A DNA stretch of 64,000 nt from Lama glama. Its lineage: Eukaryota. Of the stretch, positions 11,863 through 24,190 are shown in pieces. The position numbers and the translations under genes are program-made. The stretch spans positions 1,366,001-1,430,000 of the forward strand of contig CM052817.1 in the NCBI GenBank assembly GCA_028534125.1. The letters are read 5' to 3'. Below the pieces are notes generated by a model. That model did not search any database. It saw only the letters and a program-made list of their open reading frames with translations, and was not told the DNA's origin. Numbering within the stretch: position 1 is the first letter of the stretch; every line of letters begins with the position of its first letter.

Positions 11863-12766
11863 GTAAGGGTGGCGGGGGGCGCGGGTGTGGGGGATGCGGG
11901 GGCGGGGCGGGGGGGCCTCATCGGTGGTGGGGCGGTGCTGGGGGCTGCTGCATAGTGTGGTCACAGGATGGAAGTGAGGCAGAAACACGAGCCACTTAGA
12001 ACCGTGCCGGGCTCTGTGCACAAGCTGCGCTCTGGAGCATTGCTTTTATGTTTAAGAGCCTAAAATTGTGTCAACCAGAAAGAAAATGGCTCTAAGTTAT
12101 GGTGTGTGTGTATATATACACACATGTACACACACATATACATGGAATATTCCTTAAGAAAGGATGAAATCATCTTGTATAAATTATGTTGGACATCTTT
12201 GATGTATGGTGGTTTTTATTTTAATACAAGAAAATATCAAATATTTATATGTTAAGTGTATTAAAAATCATTTTCCCCAAATATTAAATAAATATTATTT
12301 CTGAAAGTCCTACCCTTATGCTTTTTAATGTTGGTGATAATAGAAACAAAAACGGTTGTGAATTTTTTTCAGTTGATGTAAGTGGAAGTTGTGCTCTGCG
12401 CTCTCTTCCTCCCTGCCGGCCGTGAGCGTGGGGAACTGCCTGGCACACGTCCGCCCTCCTCTTTGCCGGTGGAGGGCGAAGAGGCCTGTGCGGCAGCGAG
12501 GCCCCAGGGACAGAGGGGTGTGAGCACGGACACCCGCACACACCGGTGCTATATTTGTGAAAACTGTGCATTGTCACAGCAGAAGCCCGGAAGGGTGTTC
12601 ATTGCCTGTCACCCCTCGAAAAGGGGTTGGTCCAGCTGCTCGTGATTTCCGCGCTTCCGCGGCTTGAGTCTGGCCTAAGCGCACGCTCCGCCTGTGACCG
12701 CGTTGGCGCACTTGGACTGGCGTGCCTTACTTCCTCCTGATGCTGTTAAAACGCTTTCTTTTGAAG

Positions 12767-12846
12767 CTGGAGATGAGATAGTGGACCTCACCTGTGAGTC
12801 GTTAGAGCCCGTGGTGGTCGACCTGACGCACAACGACTCCGTCGTG
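12767..12846 (+). CDS. RNF4: RNF4 coding exon (SIM2, SIM3, start of SIM4)
   Basis: TTTCTTTTGAAG|CTGGAGAT ... GTCGTG|GTAAGT, 80 nt, encodes (A)GDEIVDLTCESLEPVVVDLTHNDSVV. Confidence 0.97.
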
Positions 12847-13089
12847 GTAAGTGCTGTGGCCCTTTCCTGGCTGTGGGCGCCCCCGCCAGCACATCCGAAG
12901 ACCTCGGTCGCAGGTTACGAGTTGTGCTGAAGAAATCATGCATTGAGTGGAGCTCAAGATGGAAAATGTTTCAGGAAGAATCATCTGCTGTGGCTTTGTG
13001 GCTTAAATTAATCACATCAGTGAGTCTCTGCCTTGGCCTTTTCCAGAGCTGGCAGCAAAGTCTTGGGGAGAACGCCAAGGCGTGATCTC

Positions 13090-13290
13090 TCTTTAGTCCC
13101 TGATTCTGCACTTTCCACCAGCTGTGTGACCTTGGGCGAGTTACTCAGCCTCACTCACTTTGTCCATAAAATGGGGATAATGCCATCCATGCAGATAGGG
13201 CTCACTGGCCTCCTAGTCTTCTTACTGAGTTGAACCATTGTGAGAATTAAAAGAGATTCTGTATTTGAGGACCTGGTTCCTAACGTGGTG
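13090..13290 (+). mobile_element. MIR SINE
   Basis: CAGCTGTGTGACCTTGGGCGAGTTACTCAGCCTC..TAAAATGGGGATAATG..GTGAGAATTAAA matches the MIR core. Confidence 0.8.
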
Positions 13291-15049
13291 CCCAGCAAAC
13301 AGGAGTTTACACCCTCACAGCTGGTAGGAATGGGAGTGTTTGCTCAGCGCTGCCAGTGGGAAGTCCCCCAGTTCCAGAAGCAGCTGCCTTGGATGGTGCA
13401 GGCACCCAGCGTTGCCACCTGATGCCAGGGGATTGTGTCATGACTCCAGGGAGGGTGGTGCCTGGGATGCTGTGCCCCCTTGCCACAGTGCCAGCTACGG
13501 CCTCAGGTAGGGAGTGTGCACGCCCCCATGTGGCCCTTGATGGGGGAGACCTGAGCTGGTCAGAGGATGTTTTGAGAAGCAGTTCTGGCTGGCCTGCTGA
13601 GATGCAAGGGTGCATCCCCGTGGGGGGTCAGCCCACGGACCCGCACCCTGAGGACACCCTTGCCTCTCTCCAGGGCGCCTCTGTAGTGCCTTCTGATAAC
13701 GTTGTGCAGTTTGTAGAGTGGAGGCGGTGATACATTTGACAGAGTTGGGCAGGTGGGAGGCTGACGCTGCTGGGACTGTGGCTTGGGCGGGGATGAGTGG
13801 AGGTTGCCAGCAGCTGAGTCTTCCCCGTGGCCTTGGGGCTCTCTGGTCTTGGAGTTATCTTGGCTGTGCTTCAAACTTTAGAGTAGGGTTGCACTGAGAA
13901 GCTTCAAGACTTCTCTTAAAAAAAGCGAGGACAGGGAACTGTCTTGACAGATGAAGAGATTTAGACTCTCGTCTTGGTTTGAAACTGCTGGGCTGCCCTG
14001 TTGTATGTCTGTCCCTCATTCGCACCCCCCCCCCGCAAAAGGAAAGGCAGCTGCTCTTGCTGAGCTGTTAAACTGTCCCCAACAGACTGTATGGATGCGC
14101 AGGGGAGACCTGGCTCCCAAACAGGAGGCAGTAATTTCTCTGGAGATCTGTTGGAACTTTCTGAGATAAGTTGGAGTAGTTTTAGCTGTAAGTGGTCCCT
14201 CCCTGGGCCTGATGAGTGTGTTTTCTCACATACATACACACATACAACTTTGCTGCTGCTCCCTGCAGGCTCCCTGAGGTTCTGGAAAGATAGCTTAATT
14301 TGGTCCCTTGGCTGAAGCCTGCAGCCCAGTTGCTGACTAACACTTAGAAAAGTGGTGTCAGTCCTGTTTTCCCCAGCAATCAGTGCCCACCTGCGGTGTG
14401 CCAGGCTCGGGGGGGATGGCCAGGATCCTGCTCACAAGGCCTTGTCTCCTGCCCTCGGAGAGACAATGGCGGCTTCTGCTGGTGGCAGCCCAGCGCCATG
14501 GTGCCCCCTTCTGCTCCCTGCCTTTGTTTTGACGGCTGGACTGCCCTTGCTACCTGGGCTTCTTCCTTGCGCTTTCCCACCTTCTTCCTGTTTCCGTGGG
14601 TGTGGGGAGCTTTTGTTTTGGACTTAACTTGTGCTCTTTTTCTGTCGTTTCTTTTAATAAATCCAAATGCCAGTTTTAAAGTTTACATTGAGCAATATAC
14701 CTGAGGCTGAAATTCTCACTCTAAGCAGATCTACTTGGAAAACCTAATAGTTATTAACTCAGGACAAGGGGCATCTATTAGATGACTTACAAGCTCAGGG
14801 CTACCTCAGGCCGCGCCTGCAGGGGAGTGTGAAAACGAACGTATTTCAGCACTGCATTCCCCCAAAAGGCCATCACTGCTGCGTCCCAGTGTATGTAAGA
14901 TCTTTGACTGTCACTACGTTTGTGACAGACTCTTCTCCAGAGAGGCTGCGACTGTCTCCATGCCCGCCGGTGTTGGAGGCTCCTGTTCTCCCCCCCACAC
15001 CACCCCTGTGCTTCTAGCCAGTCTGGTGGTCGCCCGGAGTTTTCCACGT

Positions 15050-16790
15050 GGTTTTGTGTTTTCCCGTTGCTGATGGGGTTGAACACCTTTTCGTCTTTAG
15101 TGGTGATTCATTTTCCTCTTCGGTGAATTGCCTGTTGGAATCTTTTTTGGTGCTCGTTTTTCCATGTGGTTGTTTTCCTTGTCCTGCTTTTTAGGATCCA
15201 CTCCTTGAATTCTAAATGTGAGCCTGCTGTTAGGTAAGTTTTGTATCTTCTACCCAGAGGATTGTCTTTTCTCCTTTTGGTTTATATACAGAGGTTCTTA
15301 ATTTCAATACAGTAGAATTTATCAGTTTGTTGGTGAAAATCACATATCATAAAAATACGTTTCTGTATTCTAAAAGCTTTACGGTTTTGCCTTTCACAGT
15401 TAGGTCTGTAATCCATAAGAATTGACTTGCGTATGGTTTGAGATGAGATTAACTACCTCTCAGTGAAGTTTTATAATATTCCCTGTAGTGGTTTTGCAAG
15501 TTTTTTGTTAGAAGATTTATTCCTAGGTACATAGTATTTTAGGTTGCTATAAAAAATGTTCAAAATTTTTACCTTTTTTTGATTGTTATTTGCCAGTGTA
15601 AAGAAATGCAACTGATTTTCCTTTTTTCGGTCTAACAATTTTTGACCTGTAAATCTTTTGAATTTCTATGTACACAGAAGAAGTTTTGGTTCTTCTTTCC
15701 TTCTTTTTTTTCCCCTGCCCTTTACACTCTGGCTAAACATTTGGCACTGGATGAATAAAAATGGTGACAATCATGGACATCCCTGTTTCATTCCAAATCT
15801 GGAAGAGTCCTTACAGAGTTTCACCATTAAATAAGACCTCTGCTGTGTTTTTTGGTTTGTTTATACCCTCTGTCAGATTGGAGAAATGTCTCTGTTTTCT
15901 GTTCGGTTACAAGTTTCATCATGAATCAGTGGGAAAATGAACAATTTCGTGTAGTGATAATCTTTCCCCTTTTACATGTTGCAGTGGAGAACTACATTGG
16001 CTTCTAGTGTTAAACCAGTTAAGCACTGTGGTTGTGACGCCATCTTATGTTGCTAGGTTCGGTTTGCTACTGTTGTACGTATAGCCTTTGCCTCTGTTTT
16101 TGTGAGTGAGGTTGGACGTCTGTAGGTTTTCTTTAGCGGGGTCTGGTATCAGGGTATCACTGTCTTTACAGAGTGAGTTGGGCACTTTTTTTGTTGTTCT
16201 CCAGAAGATTTTGTAAGCTTGGGATTATTTCTTCCTTGAATGCTTGGCAGAGCTCTACAGTGCAGGTACTTACCCTTGAGTTGTAGTGGGTTTGGGCTAT
16301 TACACTTGGAAGGAATTTGTTGATTTCATCTAACCTTCTCACTTTATTGTCATAAACTTTCCATACTGTCCTGTGTTCTGTGGAATCTGCAGTGCTGTCT
16401 CTCTGCGCTTCGGATGTTGGTTGTTTGTGTTTTCTGTTTTTTTAGATTATTATTAGGCCTTTCAGGGAAGCAACTTTTAGCTTTGTGGATCCTTTCTCTT
16501 GTAAATTTGTTTTCATTGTCTTTCTTTCTTTGAGTTTATTTTGCTGTTTTTCTAATTTTCATTGTCTCTTTTCCAAAAAATGCATTTAAGATTAAATTAT
16601 CTTTAGCTATATCCTACAAATTGTTAGTATTTTACATTTAATTCAACATAGTTATCAAACTTACATTTTTTAACATCCAGATATACGGCTGTTTTATTTT
16701 TGTTGATTCTTTGCGTTACTGGTCAGAAGATACATCCTGAATGTCAGTTCTTTGATAGTTGCTGGGACTGGCTTTAAGCCTGGCCTGCAC
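15050..16790 (-). mobile_element. Ancient degraded L1 fragments
   Basis: T-rich tract with antisense L1 ORF2 motifs such as TTATTCCTAGGTA, GAAATGCAACTGATTTT, TTTCACCATTAAATA and GGTTTGCTA. Confidence 0.7.
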
Positions 16791-19426
16791 CCGGTGGCTG
16801 GCCTTCACTAGGTAGCCTGCCCCCATGGTTCCTGCCTGAGCTTTGGTTTCTCTGTGGGGCTTTCAAAAGTAAGCTTAAATTTTTAAGAATATTCTGTGCT
16901 TTTTTTCCCCCTCTGGATTATCATCTTCCCTACATACCTCTTTGTTTTCGCATATGTATGTTTTATCTTGTTTTTGGTTGTTTTCAGTGGGAAAATTGAT
17001 GGAAATGCTAGCCTGCCATTGATTGGAAATCTCTGCTTGTATTTTCCCCCTTCTGCTTTCTTATCTAGTTTAATGGATAAGTTAAAATTTTCAGGCCACT
17101 TTTCATTAGTGTGTACAGTATACCAGTCTCTGCTCTGGCCAGAGGTGATGCAGTGACAGAAGAGACTCACCCCTCTCTCTAAGGAACTGAGTTTACAGGG
17201 GGAAGTTACTGAAACCGGTATTTGCTTGGATTATTTTTCTTCACTGAATTTCAAAAGATTGTTTCTTTTAAAGTCAGGTTGGTTTTCCTGGAGCCCTTTT
17301 TTTTGCTTCCATAGTGTACTGATGAATAGTGCTATTTGTTTTATACTCTGTACCCTGCTTGGTTTTTATTTATGGGACTTTTGAAACAGTCTGCATGATC
17401 AAGCCTCCCTTGCAGGCAGGGACAGAGCCTGGTCCTTCCCTGGCTAGGAGTTGCAAAGGGCATATTCGGCACATGTGACTGCTAGAATGAGTGAACCAAG
17501 GCGGCTATGTATGAGGAAGAGCCCAGACATCATATCCAGGAACTGGGAAAACGTGGAGCCTGACATGGATTGAGTACTTGACTAGGATGTTAATGTCAGC
17601 ACGTCTTCCTGGTGCTCCTGGCACTGCTGCAGTGGTAGCAGTCTGCAGTTGTGTGACGTGTGCAGCTGCCAGAGCTCCAGAGCATCCTTAGTGGACACAG
17701 TGGTTGGAGATGGCCGTCTCTCCTTTGGACAGTGCGTGGTGCTCACTAGGAAGGTCATCTGGCGCACGCGGCCCTCTGACTCTGCTGGATGAGCTTTCTT
17801 GGAAACACCAGGAGGTCAGCTTGCCCTCCAATGACCCCAGCTCCTGCTATGTGGTTCTGCTCTGTCGTTTCACCCCAGCGTACTGTTGCAGCCCTAAGAG
17901 GCACCTAGAATGCCAGGTGTTTTGTCCACTGGTAGAAGGGCTTGTGTTCCCCCACTGACCAGGAGCCTGTGACATGGGTGTCAGCAGTTGGAGGTGTTCT
18001 GAGGCTCACTTATGCTTCAGAAGCTCTGAGGGCCTTTGGGCGACTGACCTGGAGTCGGCGTGCCCAGCTGTGAAAGGAGGCAGTGCCGGTACCTGCTGCG
18101 GGTCGTCCGTTCTCCTCGTGTCTCCACTTGTCACTACTGCTGACCTCTGGTTTACTCCATAGTCAGGAAAGGGGAGCCAGACCAAGGTGGGCCTGAGCCT
18201 GGGCTGGTTTGTCGCAGCGTTGACTGGCCGCACACACCCGGGGCTGGGGAGTGGTTTGGTACTTTGCTTCTCTGAAGGGCTCTCCACCAGGTGTGAGGCT
18301 CGGTGCGTGCGTTCTCCTGGTCCCCTTCTGTTTACCTCTGTGGTCAACTTCGGAAGCCCTGAGGCTCCTCCCCATTCTCTGTCTCTTGTTCAGGCAAGCA
18401 GGGTGTGACCTGCAGGGCTACATCCATGGGGAAGGGCCATTCCAGAGCGCTTGCAGGCTCCTGCAGGGATTCTGGAATTTGATGTATTCAGTTGCTGGGT
18501 GGAGGGAACACCATTGTTAGTATCTGTGCCCATCAGCGCGGAGGTGGTTCATGTCACGGGGGCGGCGTGGAGCTGGGGGGCCAGGCTTCTTTTCTGCCCT
18601 TTGGGCAAGAAGTCTCATCTCTGAGCTGTTCTTCCATTGAAGACGGGGACAGTCATCAGCAGTGGAGGTGGCTCCCTGGCCGCTGTGTGTATTCATTTAC
18701 TGAGTGGTCAAGTGTGGAGCACCTGCGTGTGCCAGTAGCATCCTGGGCCTTGGGGACGTTCCTGGGGACTCCGTGTTCAGGTCCCTCCCTGAGCTCAGCC
18801 CTGCCAAGAGGTGAGCTCGGTCTCAAAAGAACCTGTGGAGACGCGGTTGCCGCACACTGGTGCCTGGGGGCAGCGGCATCACCCTCCTTGCAGGCATGTC
18901 CACACCTGCTCAGGGGCCCGTCTTGGCAGAGGGAGGTAAAAGCCGCATTGGAGCTGAGAAGAGCTGGGGTCATCCCTGCCCACGCCAGAATTTCCTCCTG
19001 CTCCTGGCTGACTGCGAAGCTCCCCTCCCCTGGCCTTCGTGTGGACAGCACCTGCCAGCCCACGCTTTCCTTCCAGTAAGCATGGGCCCGATGACAACGT
19101 TGACTGCCCCCCAGTTTCACAGTCGCCCTCTGGCCCCTCTTGGGGGAAGGGAGAGTGTCTCGGTAGGTTCTCATCTGCGAGATGAGAGTCTTACTCTCAG
19201 GCCTGCTTTCCCCCTGGGATGGCTGTTATATCTGTTGAGGGCTGAGGCTGGAAAACTGAATCCCTCTAGTTGTTTCGAGGCAGAATTGGGTTTTAGCACA
19301 TGGAGGAGTTGCTCTGTGGTGTTGAGAAGGCTGGAGGAGCAGGTCTCTAGGAGTAAGTCCAGACATCTTAGCCTTGACCTGCCGTGGGAGCAGGAGGGCA
19401 GGAAGCAGGGGCACGAGAGGCCTGCC

Positions 19427-19908
19427 GGCCTCTGCTGTCTTAGCCTCCCTCTGTGAGCGCAGTCGCCTCGAAGTCTTGACTGAAAGTGAGGGGTGTGCAG
19501 CTCTCCATTTCACGTGGACGCCTGAGGTTGCTGTAGGGTGATGAACTGGCCTGATTTCAATATTGTTGTGTCTAGGCAATAGGGAGGCCCCCCAAAGAGG
19601 GAGGGAGTCGGGGATCAGCTGGTCTGTGGAGCAGTCAGTACACACATTTATCAGTTGAGTTCACCATCTTCTATAGGTGAGGTTCATGGTGCCCCAAAAC
19701 AATTACAGCAGTAACATAAAAGGTCATTGACCACAAGTCGCCATGGCAAGTATAATAATGAAAAACTGAAATGTGAGACTTGTCAAAAGGTGACACAGAC
19801 ACAAAGTGAGCAAATGCTGCTGGGACATTGATGCTGATAGACTTGCTCAGCAGAGAGTTGCCACAAACCTTCAGTTTTTAAGAAGCGCAGTGAAGCCAAG
19901 CTTGCCTG
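19427..19908 (-). mobile_element. Tigger1 (TcMar) DNA transposon, 5' part
   Basis: Minus strand begins CAGGCA and contains GAAGGTTTGTGGCAAC, GAGCAAGTCTATC, TGTAATTGTTTTGGGG and GACACAACAATATTGAAAT, as in the recalled Tigger1 consensus. Confidence 0.88.
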
Positions 19909-20156
19909 GGGCTGGGCAGTGGGCTCGTGGAGTTCTCATAAACCTTTTCTAGGGGCCTTGAGAACGCAGGCTCGAACTGACCCCAGTCCTTGGTGGGTGG
20001 CACTCTCATTAGTCCCTGCATGACCTGGTTTTGTTTGTTTAGTGGGTTAATTATTTTTAACCATGTATTAAGCACTGCAAACCCTCCGCACAATAAAGGC
20101 CCCCGTCTTCGGTGGTGGCCTCCATGGAGTGAGGACCGGGAGCGCGTGTGGGGCTG

Positions 20157-20656
20157 NNNNNNNNNNNNNNNNNNNNNNNNNNNNNNNNNNNNNNNNNNNN
20201 NNNNNNNNNNNNNNNNNNNNNNNNNNNNNNNNNNNNNNNNNNNNNNNNNNNNNNNNNNNNNNNNNNNNNNNNNNNNNNNNNNNNNNNNNNNNNNNNNNNN
20301 NNNNNNNNNNNNNNNNNNNNNNNNNNNNNNNNNNNNNNNNNNNNNNNNNNNNNNNNNNNNNNNNNNNNNNNNNNNNNNNNNNNNNNNNNNNNNNNNNNNN
20401 NNNNNNNNNNNNNNNNNNNNNNNNNNNNNNNNNNNNNNNNNNNNNNNNNNNNNNNNNNNNNNNNNNNNNNNNNNNNNNNNNNNNNNNNNNNNNNNNNNNN
20501 NNNNNNNNNNNNNNNNNNNNNNNNNNNNNNNNNNNNNNNNNNNNNNNNNNNNNNNNNNNNNNNNNNNNNNNNNNNNNNNNNNNNNNNNNNNNNNNNNNNN
20601 NNNNNNNNNNNNNNNNNNNNNNNNNNNNNNNNNNNNNNNNNNNNNNNNNNNNNNNN
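20157..20656. other. Assembly gap (500 N) hiding part of the RNF4 CDS
   Basis: Run of N; RNF4 residues between ...DSVV and TPRNAR... are absent from the visible sequence. Confidence 0.97.
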
Positions 20657-20698
20657 TACTCCTAGAAACGCCAGGGAAGAGGCAGCTACAGGACCCAG
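20657..20698 (+). CDS. RNF4: RNF4 coding exon, visible 3' part only
   Basis: T ACT CCT AGA AAC GCC AGG GAA GAG GCA GCT ACA GGA CCC AG|GTACC gives TPRNAREEAATGP(R), similar to recalled human TPRNARDEGATGLR. Confidence 0.92.
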
Positions 20699-21391
20699 GT
20701 ACCAGCCTGCCCGCTGCTCCGCTGCTGCTGTGCTGGGGACAAGCGCTCTTGCCAGGAAGCCTCTGGAGATGTGGGACCCCCTTGTCCCCCTGGAGTGAGG
20801 ATCTCCTTCCTTTGTCTCCATTCTTCAGTGGAAAGGTTGGGGCAGGAGGCAGGGTGTTAGAAATTCTGGACCTTCAGCAAGCGCTTTGAGCCCTTGGCTC
20901 AAGAAGGGCTTGTTGGAGCATCTGGGAGGCAAGCGGATTCAGAGCTGGGCTGAGCTGTTCCCACTGGGACCAGGGCCTGCCAGGTACTGGCAGGGTGGTT
21001 GTGAGTGGCTCCAGGCTGGTGGCGGGCCCCACTGCTGATGCAAAGAACAGACCCCCTGGCCCCAGCCTTCTGCGACAGGAGTGCTCGGAGGAAGTGGGTG
21101 CCAGACAGGGAGGCTGGAAGGGGGAGCGGGAGCACAAGTCGGGGTGGGGAGGACTCGTGACACCGGTGGTCTGCACCTTCTCTTCCTCCATCTCTCTCCT
21201 CCCCTTTCTCATAGCCACCCTGCCCCCATGGGGACAGCCAGCCTTCTTGTAAGTCTCTCGGGTGCCTGTGCTAAGGCAGGGTCACAGGAGGCTTTTAAAA
21301 GGGGAGATGGGCTGCTTATACGAACCACTTAGAGTTAGTTGCTGAATGTTTGAGTTTGCTGAGGAACTGACATGAAGCACTGTGATTTTAG

Positions 21392-21440
21392 GCCGTCTGG
21401 TACTGTCAGTTGTCCAATCTGCATGGACGGGTACTCAGAG
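21392..21440 (+). CDS. RNF4: RNF4 coding exon (start of the RING domain)
   Basis: TTTTAG|GCCG ... TCAGAG|GTAAGC, 49 nt, encodes (R)PSGTVSCPICMDGYSE. Confidence 0.97.
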
Positions 21441-21989
21441 GTAAGCAAACCTAGCTGTGTCTTCCCTGATTCTGGTTTTCAAGCTGCTTCAGTGAAAGAA
21501 TCAGATGAGAGCATCTTGCCATGAGGTGGGATTTGACATCACGCCTGGGTTGGCACAGGGCTAGTCACAGGTCTGTGAAGGGGGGTGTGCCGTCTCCTCC
21601 TTGGGCCTTGCAGTCTTCAGCCCTGGCCCCTCTGTTCTCTGGGCTGCCTCCTGCAAGCACATCAGCCCGCTGCTCCTGCCCAGCCTAAGGGGAAGCTGCT
21701 AGTGTTCACTGTGGCCCCTGGGGCCTCCGGCACTGCCCCCTGGGGCTGTTGCTGCCGGGCTGGCTCCTGCCTCTGCTCTCGGCTTCACAGATGCCCCTCG
21801 TGCCTGCCTGAGCCTGCAGAGCAGCGCCTTTAACTCTGCAGACTGTCTCCCTGCCGTTTGCCTCCCGTTGCAGCCCTGGCCCTTCTCCCACTCGCCTTCC
21901 TGGGGATGGGCAGGAGTGGCTTCTCTGGGGGCTCCTGCTGCTCTGGGGTAGGAACAGATGTGAAGGCTGTTCTTTTTTACCTTTTCTAG

Positions 21990-22139
21990 ATTGTGCAGAA
22001 TGGACGTCTCATTGTTTCTACAGAATGTGGCCACGTCTTCTGTAGCCAGTGCCTCCGCGATTCCCTTAAGAATGCTAACACTTGTCCAACTTGCAGGAAA
22101 AAGATCAACCACAAAAGATACCACCCCATTTATATATGA
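21990..22139 (+). CDS. RNF4: RNF4 last coding exon (C3HC4 RING C-terminus)
   Basis: CTTTTCTAG|ATTGTG, encodes IVQNGRLIVSTECGHVFCSQCLRDSLKNANTCPTCRKKINHKRYHPIYI then TGA. Confidence 0.98.
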   Translation: MVQNGRLIVSTECGHVFCSQCLRDSLKNANTCPTCRKKINHKRYHPIYI

Positions 22140-24190
22140 AGTGTTGGGAGCCGCTCAGGAGAGATGGATGGACAGACAGAGCCTGGCTGGGTTTTCCATG
22201 CGGCCTCACGTGGGTTATCTGCCTCCAGTTTCTTGAGCTCAAAAAGACTGTTTGAAAATCAGCATCTGATATGTAAACTGCTCTTTTGTTTCCAGCCCCT
22301 CTTAGATCCTTTTGTTACCTCTAGTTTGATGCTGTGGAGCTGGAGCCCGGGCCCTCCCAGGCCAGGTCTCCATCTGCTCCTCTGGGTAGTCTGGATCCAG
22401 GGTAGGAGAGAGGGAGTTAGGCACATTGGAATTGAGAATCGTGGTTCCAGCCTCTTTCCAGAACCTGCACGTTTGCCAAGAAGTTTTCCCCATTTGTGAA
22501 GTTTGCCCCAGCTTCCTCCTGGCAATACCGTTGAGGAGCCGGCCCTAGCTGGAGAGCAAGCAGGTCCACCCAGCTCTCCCAGGCGTTCCCCCTCATCTGA
22601 GGCGTCTGCCCACCGCGGTGACCAAGCCAGACAAAGTCCCTCCGGCCTGAGGATCCCAGGTGCACGTACAGCGCCGGGAAGACCAACCACTGGACTTCTC
22701 TTCACGTGAGAGTCAGGTCACCCGTGACTCCACCTGCATTGATGTCAGGGATCCCTCCAGATCACAAGGACTCTGCAGGGCAATTCCCAGTTTCTTAAGA
22801 ACGAAATGTGCAATAAAGCCCGTTCTTCACCTGCCTTTCAGCCGCCCAGGAGATGTAGCACTCCTAGTGTCCCTCAGAGGCCTCATGGCCTACGGAGCAG
22901 TGCCTGTCTCACCCCGTCCTGTTGTCCACCTGCTCTCAGGAACTTTACCCGTGCCTGAGTCCTTCACCTGGCCCAGGCCACGCGAGGTCAGTGGGGCAGG
23001 CACGTGGTTGGGTGTCCTCTCTCTTTTCTGATAAAAATCCACCCTGTTTACCACACGCCCTCTGGCCCTCAGTTCCCACTGCCTGATGTCTACTCAAGCA
23101 TAGACCCTGGGCGGTGGTGGCGGTAATTGTGGCCTTATTAGCCACCTGTGTCCAAGCTGTTGCCCAAGTCACGGCCGCCCTGCGTTTCGAAGCGCTCGGG
23201 TACCACCTCCACCAATTGACATTCATTTCAGAAGCTGCTCTTCTGGCCCTTAGGCCGTGATCCTTTGGGCTTTGATCACTCTGTAGGGTTTGGTTGGCAA
23301 AGTATGGCGGCCTCTCCTCCCTAGGGGCCCGGGCAACAGCCTCTACTCAACTCCATAGGTGTGAGAGCCTCGGGTCCTCAAGGAGGCAGCAGGGCGGCCC
23401 AGGCCGCCCCTCGCAGTACAGGGCTTGGGGGTGGCTGGCTGGGGAGAGGCCTTGCAGTGCCCGCTGCCTCCCCCTCTGCACCCGTCCTTCCTCAGAGGGC
23501 TTCAGAGCAAACCAGCAGCCTTTTCATGTGAAATATCTTTGAGGTGGGAGAGGGGCCTCCTCTGGCTTTGCTAGCAATAACTGACCTTCAGTGTATCCTT
23601 CTGGAGGAGCAGAGACTCAGCACAGAATTCACTTTAAAGGGGGCTGAAGGAGTGTCCCTCCTCTGTGTGAAAAGGAAACTGTTTCACTCTTTGCTCTGAC
23701 TTTTTAAGCTGGCTCAGTGCCAGTTCGCTTGGTGAAAGTAGTAGTTTCTACTTGGCGTCGGGGTGGGCGGGGCACTGGTTCTCAGCAGCATGGTGTGTGG
23801 CGAGTCCGCCCGTTGTCGGGCACCGTTGCCGGTAGTTCCTTCTGGGCTCCGTGGGATGCTCTGTGTCACGTTCTGACAACACCCAGGCTTCAGGAGCCAA
23901 GACAGCCACACAGCCGAAATCTCTTGCAGTTTATGCTTAAGGACAAATGGTTGATCATAAAAGTTGTATTCCTTCATACTAAATTAAATTGGGAAAAAAT
24001 GTTTAGTTTCTACTACTCAGACATTGTAAAATAGGAAGATTGACGTGAAAAATCCCTTTCCCTTTCTCCGTGTACATAGTTCAAATCTTTGTTTGTTACA
24101 TTTAAACTATATCCATGTATATCAGTCTGTTTTGGACTCCTGCTAGTGTTACAGGTGGAAATAAAACCATTAATTTGAACTAGGCATCTT
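22140..24190 (+). other. RNF4: RNF4 3'UTR (about 2 kb; end approximate)
   Basis: Apparently repeat-free sequence from the stop codon to the distal AATAAA. Confidence 0.75.
24160..24165 (+). terminator. RNF4: Distal polyadenylation signal of RNF4
   Basis: AATAAA with upstream TGTA motifs (24025, 24071, 24116) and a downstream T/GT-rich tract (TCTTTTGCGTG..TTTGGGTTTG). Confidence 0.8.

Noticed and set aside
17315..17400. C/D box snoRNA candidate (TGATGA) in an RNF4 intron
   Set aside because: No CTGA D box or terminal stem at a suitable distance.
18492..19645. Overlapping 139-198 aa ORFs in the long RNF4 intron, and the 202 aa ORF at 3030-3638
   Set aside because: No recognisable homology or splice support; GC-rich intron, partly Tigger1-derived.
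19990..20889. 178-299 aa ORFs spanning the first gap, and similar ones at 60762-61721
   Set aside because: Artefacts of translating N runs.
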